A DNA stretch of 64,000 nt from Giardia intestinalis (lineage: Eukaryota). The notes beneath the pieces are model-generated. The model saw only the letters and a program-made list of their open reading frames with translations, did no database searches and was not told the origin of the DNA. This document shows positions 1 through 10,440 of the stretch, piece by piece (within the stretch, counting starts at the first letter, position 1; each line of letters opens with the position of its first letter). Where the stretch lies: assembly GCA_000002435.2 (NCBI GenBank), contig CM018792.1. One strand, given 5' to 3'. Both the position numbers and the translations under genes were made by a program.

Positions 1-155
1 TGTTTTTAAACGACTATAATTTCCCATACACCCTTGCAAAGCCTCTCAGCTTCAATGCACAAAATTATTGGAGCCAAAACATTCGCGCACAGTCAGAGTC
101 GCTTTTCAAAGTGTTGGCTGAGGCGTACCCCGACGTTTGTAAAAGTGTTGACGAC

Positions 156-1034
156 ATGTTCTTCCAAGAACTGATTGCGCACGAACACCTGAAGACTGCA
201 CGGAGGCAAAAGTGGGATGACATTGCCAAGCTCTGCGACAAGAGCTTAGGGGGATCAGGAGAACTCTCTGAAGAATACTTGCGTCGCATGAATTTTGTTG
301 AGCAACGAGACATGATTGGAGAGTGCGTTGATGAGGACGAAGAACTCGGCAGTATGCAGTCAGGAACTAGCACTGCAAATTACCTGAGCCTCAACGCATT
401 CACGTGCGGAGACAATGTCCATGAGATAGAAAGCTGCGGCCCCGCAAGTCAAAGCAACACAGAGCTATGGGGCGCGGAAACACACAGCCACGAGCCAGCC
501 ATGCTGGAGTCTGACTATCCCATCAAGGAAATGTCCCTCAACCCTAACACAATACCGTTCGACCGATTGAGGACTGCATTTGTTCCTGGATACAAGGAGG
601 AGCTTGTGCAGCCTGGAAATGTTGCACTGGCCATGGTTCCCGTGGACCCTTTGAACCGCACCATCGGATGTGGTCTTAAAGCGTACAACTTGACCGTTTC
701 TCGTTTGCGCCGCTTGGTGGAGCTAGTCAATGAAGAAGCCAGAGGTGGCAACTTCGATAAGCTTCCGATTAAGAATATCGCGCTTAGAAATCAACTTCTG
801 ACCCCTCGAAGTGAGCCCCTCGCCACTGACGCTGACGCAAAGGTCACCATCGCAGCTCCTGCGAACAGCAAGAAGTTGGCCTCTCGACGCACAACCACTA
901 ACCAAGCGCCTGCAGGAGGAGTCAGGCGAAAGTCAATGACTCCCCTAACGTTTGAGGTAAAGGTGGCGAAGGATGAACTTAAGAATTACGTGTCCCCATC
1001 AGAAGGCATCAGCAGTCACGTCGAAAGTAAATAA
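156..1034 (+). CDS. hypothetical protein; reading frame is open back to window position 3, so the gene may be 5'-partial
   Basis: Long ORF with no stop in frame from nt 3. Track start at 111 is GTG; first in-frame ATG is at 156. No recognisable domain. Confidence 0.4.
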   Translation: MFFQELIAHEHLKTARRQKWDDIAKLCDKSLGGSGELSEEYLRRMNFVEQRDMIGECVDEDEELGSMQSGTSTANYLSLNAFTCGDNVHEIESCGPASQSNTELWGAETHSHEPAMLESDYPIKEMSLNPNTIPFDRLRTAFVPGYKEELVQPGNVALAMVPVDPLNRTIGCGLKAYNLTVSRLRRLVELVNEEARGGNFDKLPIKNIALRNQLLTPRSEPLATDADAKVTIAAPANSKKLASRRTTTNQAPAGGVRRKSMTPLTFEVKVAKDELKNYVSPSEGISSHVESK

Positions 1035-1038
1035 GGTG

Positions 1039-1644
1039 TCATCCATCCAGTGGATACAAAGTAGAGACGAGATCGTGCAGGGCCGTACCCTTAGGGAAGT
1101 GGTAGAGCTTTGGATGGGCGCGCTCAATGACTTTGGCTTCATCTATCTTCCCCGTTAGAATAAGCGGAACCAGGACAAAGTCGGCCCAGATGGCGAGGGC
1201 CGGCTCACAGGGCCTAAGGGCGAGATATGCTTCCATAATCTTTAGTTGAATGGCAGTGGCCTTCGAGACAGGCACGCCACCGGCTGAAAGCTCTAGCTCT
1301 TCAGACAAGATGGTATCCAGAGTGCTAAGAACAGCAAGGAAAATATTAAGCGCTGTGGTTTCCTCAGGTAGACTAGTATACGGTGGGGTGAGAGCTGGTG
1401 CGTAATGCGTATCCAATAGCTCCTTGAAGATGGGACGAGCGACATCCTTCGAGAGAAGCCATAGAGCATCCATAAGAGACATCAGGAGACCAATGGATTC
1501 TCGCACGGTAGAGCCATCTCCTGCTTCGTCGACCAGTGCTGCCAGGGTAGTCGGCGATGCTATGAGAGCTCTAAGACGAGCTGCGCCGCCGAGCAGGTCT
1601 CCCTGTTCAAGCAAGCTCTGGATAACCGCAAAGGCATGTTGCAT
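1039..1644 (-). CDS. hypothetical protein, 201 aa
   Basis: ATG-initiated ORF (cat at 1642-1644). Semi AT-rich stretch immediately upstream on the minus strand. Convergent with the previous gene; stops are 4 nt apart. Confidence 0.45.
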   Translation of the reverse strand: MQHAFAVIQSLLEQGDLLGGAARLRALIASPTTLAALVDEAGDGSTVRESIGLLMSLMDALWLLSKDVARPIFKELLDTHYAPALTPPYTSLPEETTALNIFLAVLSTLDTILSEELELSAGGVPVSKATAIQLKIMEAYLALRPCEPALAIWADFVLVPLILTGKIDEAKVIERAHPKLYHFPKGTALHDLVSTLYPLDG

Positions 1645-1754
1645 TTTCCCGGTTCAACAAAACATTTACTAGCACGTACCGCGAGACCATCAATGTAGAT
1701 TATGCTATGATAAATAGCTAATCAGTTTTATGCTCCACACATTCGGGACCATTG

Positions 1755-3590
1755 TCAACACTGACGGGAAAGTTCGTGCTCTTGTAGAGTCTCCACAGAA
1801 AGTGCTTCCGAAGCGGCATCAAGTCTGGGTGATCTGCGGCGAAAGATGAAGAAAAGCCCAATACCAATGCACGCCAAGAGAACCAAAACGGTAGCACTAA
1901 CAGATGATATTAAAACCGTTCTTCTTCCTACGCGCACAATTTCTTTGCATTGGCCATAAGCAGTCAGCTCTCCGAAAGAACACTGTGTACAGATCTCAAT
2001 ACTCTTTCCTGTTCTGGAATCTGTGCGAAAGCTGCAACTAGAGCAATCACTAATTGTACAAGGATAGCAGAGAGCCCCCTGCATTCCATATCCAACGCCA
2101 CAGGCGCTGCACTCACCAGTGGATTGATTGCAATCGATACAGTTAGTATCTGGGCAAGCTACAACACAGGCCTTTTCATTTGCATTCCATAGGTAGCCGC
2201 TAGAACACGTGGCACAAACGTCTCGGCTGTTGGCCAGGCACGCCAGACAGTTTGAGATGCTGCAGGAGTCCACGTCTACGTCTGGGGAATTCAATACGCA
2301 AACGTCGGCCGTCAACGTATAACCGTCCTCGCACGCAACACAGATGCTTGCGCTCTTACAGTCGAGGCAGTTCCCGACACAACGTGCACACCTGCCCCCA
2401 ACAACATAATATCCCTTTTGGCAACGCTTGCAAGTCTCTGTTCTCTCTGTGACGGTGCAGCTTCTGCAGTTGGGGCTCTGGCATCCATTGACAGGAACGC
2501 ACTCCTTATTATCGAGCATAAAGCCTGCAGCACACTGAACGCACGCTCCATCATCTCCACAGAATCTACAGTCGTCAACAAGGGTTAGTTGATCAGCTGT
2601 GCACTTTGTCCCCACACAGTTTGGCCCGCCTTTGCCATCAGGGCACGGCGTGCAAGAGCCCGTCTCATTGGGACTATAACCATTGAAGCAAAGTCGACAT
2701 GCCGTTCCACTTTCTGCACATGTCTGACAATTCTCCTGGCGGGTCCCAGAACACAACACCGCATTGCATGTAATCCCATCACTCAATCTATTGTCTGGAC
2801 ACGGTGTACAAGTAATGGAGTTACTAGACTCCTTGTAGTACCCATCTTTGCAAACTTTGCATGCCCCTGGCTCCAAGATTGCATCTTCAGCTGAGTAGCA
2901 AGTCGCACAATTCTCGGATATCTTTCCATTGCATTTAGTCTTCTCGCAATTGTAGCCACCGGTATTCCCTTGACATTGAACACACTTTCCAAGCTCATTA
3001 GGATGAAAGTCGTCGTAACACCGGCTGCAACGATTCGTCCCAGAAAGACACTCGAGGCAATAGTCTCTGGTTGTGGCCAGACACCTCATCGAAATGCACT
3101 CTGGTCCGATTCGGCCATCGGGGCATGCTTCGCACTTATTGGTCTCTGGAATCAGCTTGTAAGAATCCTTGCAAAGACCACAAGCATCTCTCGTTGCACT
3201 ACTACAAACTTCGCAGTTTGGTAGTGTAACATTACCGCAACGGAGGTCCTGACACTCATAGCCTCCGGTGCCTTCTGCACACGCACCACAGCCCCCATAC
3301 CACGTCACATAGTACCCGTCTTCACAGGTCCAACATCGATCTGTATAGCCACATTCTAGACAATGTACGCGTGTGGTGAACCAGCACTTGCGTGTGGAAC
3401 ACCTGGGACCCCATGTACCCTTTGGGCATGGAACGCACTTGCCCGTTTCCACGTCTAGCTTATAGTCATCCTGGCATATCATGCAGTTATCGGGGTAGTC
3501 TGGGACGCACTCGGTGCAGTAGTCAACCTCACAACTGGCAGATGCAGAAGACCGCACCAGAAGAAGCACGATTGACATAGACATCAACAT
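1755..3590 (-). CDS. high cysteine membrane protein (HCMP-type, non-VSP)
   Basis: Signal peptide MLMSMSIVLLLVRSSASAS, then dozens of CXXC / CxC motifs. C-terminal TM helix (VLVLLACIGIGLFFIF) followed by a long charged tail RRRSPRLDAASE... rather than CRGKA. Track start was TTG at 3617; first ATG is at 3588-3590, preceded by AAAACCGCAATAAA. Confidence 0.8.
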   Translation of the reverse strand: MLMSMSIVLLLVRSSASASCEVDYCTECVPDYPDNCMICQDDYKLDVETGKCVPCPKGTWGPRCSTRKCWFTTRVHCLECGYTDRCWTCEDGYYVTWYGGCGACAEGTGGYECQDLRCGNVTLPNCEVCSSATRDACGLCKDSYKLIPETNKCEACPDGRIGPECISMRCLATTRDYCLECLSGTNRCSRCYDDFHPNELGKCVQCQGNTGGYNCEKTKCNGKISENCATCYSAEDAILEPGACKVCKDGYYKESSNSITCTPCPDNRLSDGITCNAVLCSGTRQENCQTCAESGTACRLCFNGYSPNETGSCTPCPDGKGGPNCVGTKCTADQLTLVDDCRFCGDDGACVQCAAGFMLDNKECVPVNGCQSPNCRSCTVTERTETCKRCQKGYYVVGGRCARCVGNCLDCKSASICVACEDGYTLTADVCVLNSPDVDVDSCSISNCLACLANSRDVCATCSSGYLWNANEKACVVACPDTNCIDCNQSTGECSACGVGYGMQGALCYPCTISDCSSCSFRTDSRTGKSIEICTQCSFGELTAYGQCKEIVRVGRRTVLISSVSATVLVLLACIGIGLFFIFRRRSPRLDAASEALSVETLQEHELSRQC

Positions 3591-3903
3591 TTTATTGCGG
3601 TTTTCAACAAATAGCAACGTGATAATTTCCCCGTAATCTATCGTCGGTTACTACGCGTGGTCTCCAGGGAGCTACCACTGAAGTGGCTGTGCTTGTTTTT
3701 TACCTAAAATGCAGCCGAGTCTTACATTCTTCCAGTCAATAAGTTTGTAAAAATAAAAGCACAACCCCGAAACGTCCGACCTACTTACAAGCGCGTGCAT
3801 AATGTGGTCGACGGAGAGCATATGAAGCATAGCTGATGTCTCCATGCGCGGATCTCCGCTTCGGCGTTAACTAATAACAGCCCCGTACTAAATGAAGGGT
3901 GGC

Positions 3904-6900
3904 CTACTTAACTCTACCAAGGTCAAGATAGCGACATATCTCAGATTGGATTTCAGGTCGGAGAGCCGCCGGCGCCGTAGAGCCTGCGGCTAGCTTCTGT
4001 AGTGCTGTCTCTCCGAACTGTGGGGCACAAGCTGGAGCTAGGATCCTTATGCACGACAGTTGTCCGTACTTCACTGCAAGATCGAGAGCCGATTGGTCAT
4101 TCTCATCAACCAGGTCTAGCTCGTAGGGGACGAGATACTTGACTATGTTTGGATGATCCCACGCCGCAGCGTGCATTAGCGCTGTCCAGCCTAAAGAGTC
4201 CTGCTCGCCCGCTTCGGCGCTTCGCAAAACTTGAACTGCCTCGACGTGCCCCACCTGCGCTGCAATCATGAGAGACGTCATCTGCTGCTTGGTTTCTGTC
4301 ATCTTTTTTTCATACTCGCCCAGCCACTTCAGGCATCGTACGCTTTTCGCGACGATTGCCAGCATCAGCGCTACTGGCTTTCCGATCTCTTGTTTGTTGC
4401 TCAGGTGTATATTGCTGGATATGCGTATCCCTGACTCATGAGGCGCCAGGAGCCGGCATGCTTCTGCATTATCCTTCTCCGCAGCAATCATGAGCGCAGT
4501 TCGACCGTCCGGTCTCCGCATCCCCTTCTCACTGGCGATCAAGTGCTTGATTGCTGGGATGTTATTGCTATACACAGCGATCATCAGGGCTGTGTGTCCA
4601 TCTTTTGTACGCCGGCGAATGCTATCCTTGTATTGCACCAGTGGCTCTGCAGAGCGCATTGCTACGGCTATCATCAGCTGCGTAAAACCATCTTCCTCCA
4701 ACAGGCACTTTTCATGTGTGATAAGCAGCTTCAAGCACGCAACTCGACCCATCTCTATGGCGTAGCGTGAAGCGCACCAGCTCATACTATCGCGTCTTCC
4801 GGCCTGGTACGGTATCAGAATCTTTAATCTCGCACAGTCTCCTTCCCGTGCAGCCAACATCAAGAGGGTTCTACCTGTTGCAGATCCCTCGAGAATAGGT
4901 ATTGGTAGGTCAGCTTCGTACTTACAGAGCCTTTCCATAACATTTAGGTTCTTGTTCTCATATGCATGATAGAGGGCAGTCTTTCCTTTGAAGTCGGCAA
5001 GGCCCTTCTCATAAGGTCCGAGGACATCAATGAGACGCAGTGACTGGCGGTCAATGCAGTACATAAGAGCGGTCTTCTGGAGAGAATCCTGGACTCCGTG
5101 TTCATGCCGTGCCAGGATCATTGCAATGTCGTAGTAGCTTTTGCGGAGCGCAAGCATAAGTGCTGTGCACCCCTTATCGTCACGGCGTTTGGCGTGTGTT
5201 TTCCTTAACGAAAAAACAGCATCAATGTCGTTATTAGCCACCGCTTGAAATAATGCGTCCGGTCCAGGAGCAGAGATAGCCGTGTTCCAAATTTTCATTA
5301 TATTGGGGCTGAGTAGATATTGTGCTGTGGCTCTCTTGACATCGCCCTTGTTCACCGATCCAGGCGACTGAAGAGTCTCCGAATCAAGGGTGCATTTAGC
5401 TCCAGGAAGAGTCGGGGTTGATCTAGACAATGAAAATGGCGTACCGGCTAATGACTGTGAAGATTCACGAATAGGGGAATTCTTACCAGGAATCTGTGGG
5501 CTTGTCATTGTGTGTGAACTACTGGACGGATCAGTCAAACTATTATTGCTAATGAAGCTTGCTAGAACGCCCTTCATAGATGCACTGTTAGAGTGAATGT
5601 CCTGCTTAGGTAGAATCTCCTCGTAATAGTTAATGATTGTATTGATTGCGTCTGTGCTTCCATGCCGTAGTGCAAGAATAAATGGGGTGGTTCCGTTGGC
5701 TAGCACGAGATCTCCTTCCTCGGGCAATAGAGCTTCCACAGCATCTTTGCGATTGAAGATACACGCAAACATAAGAGCGGTGTAACCAAACGAGTCTGTT
5801 TTCCCCGCAAAACTCTTTTGCATCACTTTGAAAGAATTGATGTTATAACAGGCAACTGCCTTCATCAAAGGTGTGAACTTGCACTTCTTTAAAAGGTCCT
5901 TTTCATAGCTCAGTAGAACACTGATAGAGTCTTCAGCTCTGGAAGTAAATGCTAAATGCAACGCAAACTCTTCAGAATCTGTTTCCATGCCTGCCTCCAT
6001 CTCGGCAAGAGCCTTCACCAACGTCTTATTGTTATTCATAGATGCGTACATTAAAGCTGTCATCCCATCAGGTCCTCTGATTCCTGCTTCAACACTGACT
6101 AGCTCGAGTCCCTCTTCTGTGCGCCCTCTTTCACAAGCCAACATAAGAGCCGTCATCCCATTATTATTCATCTTCTTAGCCATGTAAGGAATCAGCGTCC
6201 GTATTAGCTCGATATCCCCCATTTCTACGGCACGCATAAGATACGTTGTGTTTGTTGCCTCATTTGTTGTGAGCTGCGCTACAATTCCTTGCGCGTGGCT
6301 TGCGCTGAGCAAAATCCGCAAAATGTCGATGTTCTGATTTTGAAGCGCGATCATGAGGGGGCTTCGGCTTCCTAATTCCCGCAAGCCTAGCTCTAAACTT
6401 GCAAGCAAACGCACTATCTCTAGGTTAGAATGCTCTACAGCTATTAGCAACGCCGTTTCTTTCTTTTTATTCCGTAGGCCAGCCTCCGACTTTAGTAGAA
6501 GCTTCGCCACATCAGCCGCGCCAGTTCGGGCACAATACATTAGAGCACTATTTCCTGCAGAATCGCGTATACCTGATTGGTAAATGTAGTCTTGAGCTAG
6601 CAGAACATCGTTACTTATGGCTGCTTTCATTAGCGAGGTGACTCCCATACCATCAGGATAAAACGTAGTTCGAAGAAAGTTTTCAACAGTTCGGAGAGGC
6701 TCCATGACGAGCATTGTGGAAATCCATGGAAATCTGTCGGGGAAATATTTTAGAACAGCCTCATTTATCGTGGGCCATTTCTTCTTTGTGCTATCTTCGC
6801 TGTCCTCACTATCCTCGCTATAAGTAGTGCTTCTTGACCCTTCAACGACAATACCGCATGGTTGAACTGCCACACATACGGTAGAATTCAAGCTATTAAG

Positions 6901-8103
6901 AATTAGTGTACCCGCATAGCCAACTTTCTCGCAACAATCTGTGTCAATTGAAGAACATGATAATAAGCTGCTGGTGACTGTTCTTCCAGCAATCTCCTCC
7001 AGAATCTGTTGAGGCCTTAAAACTTGACGAAAGTTGCTCGAAAGAGATCCACGGATAATGCTGAGCGCAATATCTGGATTCTTCTCGCAAGACAGCTGGA
7101 AGGGAAGCTGGGGCACGACAATAATCATAATCATAAGCTGATTGATAAGTTGGAGAAGAGCCTCTTCTGCAGCCTTTCGTGCCTGAACAGCTTTATTGTT
7201 AGACACAGTAGACGCTGCCCTAGAAAGTGAGCGGTGCGAAGAAACCAAAGACCCAAGCGAGCAATATGACCCTGCAAGGTTTGTGGTAGATAAAGATAGG
7301 TTAGTGCGATTCAGGGAGCTTGTGGTCAATAGTGAGTTGACGGAGTCCGACCGAGCAGAAGAATTTCCTCCGTAGATAGTTGATGTTGCACGAAGCCCAG
7401 GTCCTATGGAGGGACCTCTGCTTAAAGATAGTTCATTAAAAACGGGAGTTAGTTCAGAAAAACCGGTACTATCTGCGAGGCATTCGAGAGTCGAAGACAG
7501 GTACGCTAGGTATGCTTCGACGGTGTGTATTTTGATAAGCTCGCGAGTCTTGAACAAAGTCACTTTTGGGTCTATTAGATATGGCATTAACGCTGAAGGA
7601 AGAGACTTTTGCTCTGAAAGGTACTCGGCAATATGTAGGTATTGCAAATACAATGGAAGCAACTCCTGCTCAGTCATTGCTCGTCTCGTTATCACGCCAT
7701 CTTGAAGGATGGCTTGGAGTGTGATTGTCGGGGGACACTCGGTCGTAATTAACAGAGAATTGGTCTCCTCATCTCTGTGTATTCCATATATCTTTAGAAA
7801 ATTGTAACCATCCAAGCGTGCAAGTGCTTCAATGGTTCGTACTGTATCTGCAATTACAGGCTTGGAAAAACCACTTAGAAAGACGGTATAAACAAAACAT
7901 GGCTCATCACTTTCTTTCATACTAGCTCCAGTGCACCCGAAAAGCTTCCCTTGAGCATTTTTGGCCTGAAACAGAGCAATCGCTGGAGGAGATGTGTGTT
8001 TCTCAGTTAATTTAAACACCGGAAGAGCCCTGTGCGTTGAGGACACTAGCTCTGACTTTGTCAGTGAAAGAGCGGACTCAGCAATGCTTGGGGTTTGCTT
8101 CAT
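3904..8103 (-). CDS. protein 21.1 family ankyrin-repeat protein (~1399 aa) with a non-ankyrin N-terminal domain and Ser-rich / SEDSED low-complexity tracts
   Basis: Many 33-aa repeats with the Giardia 21.1 signature (TALMxAA, GxTALMxA, DxxGxTAL). Track start was GTG at 8121; first ATG is at 8101-8103. Confidence 0.8.
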   Translation of the reverse strand: MKQTPSIAESALSLTKSELVSSTHRALPVFKLTEKHTSPPAIALFQAKNAQGKLFGCTGASMKESDEPCFVYTVFLSGFSKPVIADTVRTIEALARLDGYNFLKIYGIHRDEETNSLLITTECPPTITLQAILQDGVITRRAMTEQELLPLYLQYLHIAEYLSEQKSLPSALMPYLIDPKVTLFKTRELIKIHTVEAYLAYLSSTLECLADSTGFSELTPVFNELSLSRGPSIGPGLRATSTIYGGNSSARSDSVNSLLTTSSLNRTNLSLSTTNLAGSYCSLGSLVSSHRSLSRAASTVSNNKAVQARKAAEEALLQLINQLMIMIIVVPQLPFQLSCEKNPDIALSIIRGSLSSNFRQVLRPQQILEEIAGRTVTSSLLSCSSIDTDCCEKVGYAGTLILNSLNSTVCVAVQPCGIVVEGSRSTTYSEDSEDSEDSTKKKWPTINEAVLKYFPDRFPWISTMLVMEPLRTVENFLRTTFYPDGMGVTSLMKAAISNDVLLAQDYIYQSGIRDSAGNSALMYCARTGAADVAKLLLKSEAGLRNKKKETALLIAVEHSNLEIVRLLASLELGLRELGSRSPLMIALQNQNIDILRILLSASHAQGIVAQLTTNEATNTTYLMRAVEMGDIELIRTLIPYMAKKMNNNGMTALMLACERGRTEEGLELVSVEAGIRGPDGMTALMYASMNNNKTLVKALAEMEAGMETDSEEFALHLAFTSRAEDSISVLLSYEKDLLKKCKFTPLMKAVACYNINSFKVMQKSFAGKTDSFGYTALMFACIFNRKDAVEALLPEEGDLVLANGTTPFILALRHGSTDAINTIINYYEEILPKQDIHSNSASMKGVLASFISNNSLTDPSSSSHTMTSPQIPGKNSPIRESSQSLAGTPFSLSRSTPTLPGAKCTLDSETLQSPGSVNKGDVKRATAQYLLSPNIMKIWNTAISAPGPDALFQAVANNDIDAVFSLRKTHAKRRDDKGCTALMLALRKSYYDIAMILARHEHGVQDSLQKTALMYCIDRQSLRLIDVLGPYEKGLADFKGKTALYHAYENKNLNVMERLCKYEADLPIPILEGSATGRTLLMLAAREGDCARLKILIPYQAGRRDSMSWCASRYAIEMGRVACLKLLITHEKCLLEEDGFTQLMIAVAMRSAEPLVQYKDSIRRRTKDGHTALMIAVYSNNIPAIKHLIASEKGMRRPDGRTALMIAAEKDNAEACRLLAPHESGIRISSNIHLSNKQEIGKPVALMLAIVAKSVRCLKWLGEYEKKMTETKQQMTSLMIAAQVGHVEAVQVLRSAEAGEQDSLGWTALMHAAAWDHPNIVKYLVPYELDLVDENDQSALDLAVKYGQLSCIRILAPACAPQFGETALQKLAAGSTAPAALRPEIQSEICRYLDLGRVK

Positions 8104-8144
8104 TGAAGTGCTGAGGTGCACTGATATTTTTTAAACTGGTGCAT

Positions 8145-10424
8145 TTACTGAGAGTTGAGCAAACGAGGGATAAAATCATTAAGAATCAGGTCCACTATTA
8201 TAGGTTCTGGTCTGAAATCGGTGACGTACTTCATGATCATATCAATCAGGGTAGATTGCCCCACTATGGACGCCTCCTCTAGCAGCTCCGTCACAATCTC
8301 GGCGTGTCCTCTGGTAGCTGCGTAGAACAGGGCTGTTTCTCCGCTATCGTTCTTCATCCCCAGCTCGTAAGGCTTAAGTAATCGCACACACTCCAGTGAG
8401 CCCAGACGTGCTGCACTCATGAGTGCGGTATTCTTTGTGTCATCAGCCATACCTGCCTCTTCCAGAAGAAGGGAGACTGTCTCCGGGGAGCGAGCCGATG
8501 CAGCATACTTGAGCGCAGTAGAACAAACAGCCGACTGCTTCATCACGTACTCTTGCCTGTACTGAAGCGTGCCCTCTACGTCCCCGCAAAATGCCGACCA
8601 GATCAATGGATTTATCTTGGTCTTCCTCACCTCTGCATCTGATGAGTATAACAGTTTAGCTACTTCTACGTGTCCTTCTTGCATAGCCAGTGCAAGAGCA
8701 GTGTACTTCTCACTGGTGATAAACCCTGCCTCTTCATGCATCAAAATTCTAACTATTTCTATGTGATTATTATAGGATGCCACCATCAACGATGTATATC
8801 CATTGAAATTGGGTATTCCTTGCTCATAGCTAGCTAAGAGCTTTACTGCCTCCAAGTTATTATGGATGACGGCATGCATGAGAGCAGTTCGCCCAGACAG
8901 ATCCTGGGCGCCCACCTCCAGGTGTAGAAGACCTCGCAAATAAGAAATATTTCCCCGATGTGCAGCATACATAAGAGCAGTCATCCCTTGGTCATCTTTA
9001 TTTCCGTGTTCGGCAACAAGATACGGGAAAGCATCAAATAGGATTGGAGAGTCAGTCATGCTTGCTGCCAGCATAAGCGAAGTCCTATGGTGGGAGTATG
9101 TCATCCCCAGCTCCCCAAGTAAAAAGGGAATGTATTCATAGTTCGCAGTCAAAATCAGTACTTGGAGGGCCGAAAGCGGCAATGGAAATAGATTGGTAGA
9201 AACAATCCCGATTTCCTCCCGAAAGAAAATATAATCGTCGGGAGTTCCTTGCATAATTGATTCTATCAGATGCGTGACAGTGCCTTGTATACTGAGTGGG
9301 TCTCTTATGCTGATTTTGTAGTGCTCAGGTTTGTATCCCTTCCTTATGTTGATATCGAGACAAAATGCCATAAGATCTAGATTTCTCGAAGAGACGGCAA
9401 CAGCAAACGCATTGTTTCTATCTCCAAATGTTGCCTCCATCTCCTTTTCATAGAGAAGACTTGCTAGGGGCATGTTATGCGTCATAAACGCATAACAGAA
9501 GGCCATGTATCCCGAGTGATCTCGCAGGCCTGCTTCCCTTTCTATAAGTAGGTCGATAGTGTGCTGAGGATTGGTGTTTGTTTGCCCACAGTACATTAGT
9601 GCTGTCCGCTTGTGAAAGTCCCTCTTCGTTGCCCAGGTATCCAGATCAGTCGTACTTATGGGTTGCCCAAGAGCTACCTTGTACATCAAGGGTGTCGTTT
9701 GAAGAGCGGTATTCGTGCTACTCAGCATTGTAAGTGCGTTCGTAAGGCACATGCTCCAACCAATGCTTAGCTCCATGTCGTTATTACAGAAGAGATTGGA
9801 AAACAAATGCGGTCTTTGGTGAATAAGGAATGATGTAGACAGCAGCTGACTCTGCTTTATGGCCAACTGAAGCACGCCGATAAATGAAAAATCCTCTAGA
9901 GTTTGCTCATTCACAAATAAGTACTCCAAACACTTAATGTTGCCGTAAAGGGAAGCAAACATTGTTGCCGTGTATCCATTAAGGTCCTTCTTATCGAGGT
10001 ATCTAGTATTTAGAAGTAGCTGGTCGCAATCACCTAGTGCGGCTGCTTGCATCAACGGAGTAATGCCAGATAGTTGTCCCTCATACGGACACAAGAAGAA
10101 TGCGCACGAAAACCGCTCTGCTGCTATGGCTCTCGAAAGAGCTGTCACGCCTCTCTCGTCCACCATTCCAGCCTCCCCCGCTTCTGCTAATAACTTGCAA
10201 CATTCTAGGTGTCCATTTTCGGCAGCCAACATTAGCGCTGTCCTATCATGACGGGCCACACGTGCCTCATGCAAATTGGCGCCAACCTTGTCTATCTGCC
10301 CTGCTCGAGCGGCATGCATCAGCTGTGTGGGGCGATCTGCCCTAGCAATAGGAACCTTTGGAGCGCGCTCATGAGGAAAAAATAAAGTGTGGATCTCTAT
10401 TAAGGCTCTAGTCAGTGAGCTCAT
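8145..10424 (-). CDS. protein 21.1 family ankyrin-repeat protein (759 aa)
   Basis: ATG at 10422-10424. Repeated TALMLAAENGH / TALMYAAHRGN / TALMHAVIHNN ankyrin units. Confidence 0.8.
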   Translation of the reverse strand: MSSLTRALIEIHTLFFPHERAPKVPIARADRPTQLMHAARAGQIDKVGANLHEARVARHDRTALMLAAENGHLECCKLLAEAGEAGMVDERGVTALSRAIAAERFSCAFFLCPYEGQLSGITPLMQAAALGDCDQLLLNTRYLDKKDLNGYTATMFASLYGNIKCLEYLFVNEQTLEDFSFIGVLQLAIKQSQLLSTSFLIHQRPHLFSNLFCNNDMELSIGWSMCLTNALTMLSSTNTALQTTPLMYKVALGQPISTTDLDTWATKRDFHKRTALMYCGQTNTNPQHTIDLLIEREAGLRDHSGYMAFCYAFMTHNMPLASLLYEKEMEATFGDRNNAFAVAVSSRNLDLMAFCLDINIRKGYKPEHYKISIRDPLSIQGTVTHLIESIMQGTPDDYIFFREEIGIVSTNLFPLPLSALQVLILTANYEYIPFLLGELGMTYSHHRTSLMLAASMTDSPILFDAFPYLVAEHGNKDDQGMTALMYAAHRGNISYLRGLLHLEVGAQDLSGRTALMHAVIHNNLEAVKLLASYEQGIPNFNGYTSLMVASYNNHIEIVRILMHEEAGFITSEKYTALALAMQEGHVEVAKLLYSSDAEVRKTKINPLIWSAFCGDVEGTLQYRQEYVMKQSAVCSTALKYAASARSPETVSLLLEEAGMADDTKNTALMSAARLGSLECVRLLKPYELGMKNDSGETALFYAATRGHAEIVTELLEEASIVGQSTLIDMIMKYVTDFRPEPIIVDLILNDFIPRLLNSQ

Positions 10425-10440
10425 TTTTAAAAGGCATTAG
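10425..10440. promoter_or_regulatory. 16-bp AT-rich bidirectional initiator region between divergent ATGs (CATTTTTAAAAGGCATTAGATG)
   Basis: Minus-strand ATG at 10424 and plus-strand ATG at 10441 are separated only by TTTTTAAAAGGCATTAG. Giardia promoters are short AT-rich elements directly abutting the ATG. Confidence 0.45.

Noticed and set aside
1755-3590. Calling the 611-aa Cys-rich membrane protein a VSP
   Set aside because: The C-terminus is TM + RRRSPRLDAASEALSVETLQEHELSRQC, not the invariant CRGKA pentapeptide, so it is the HCMP class.
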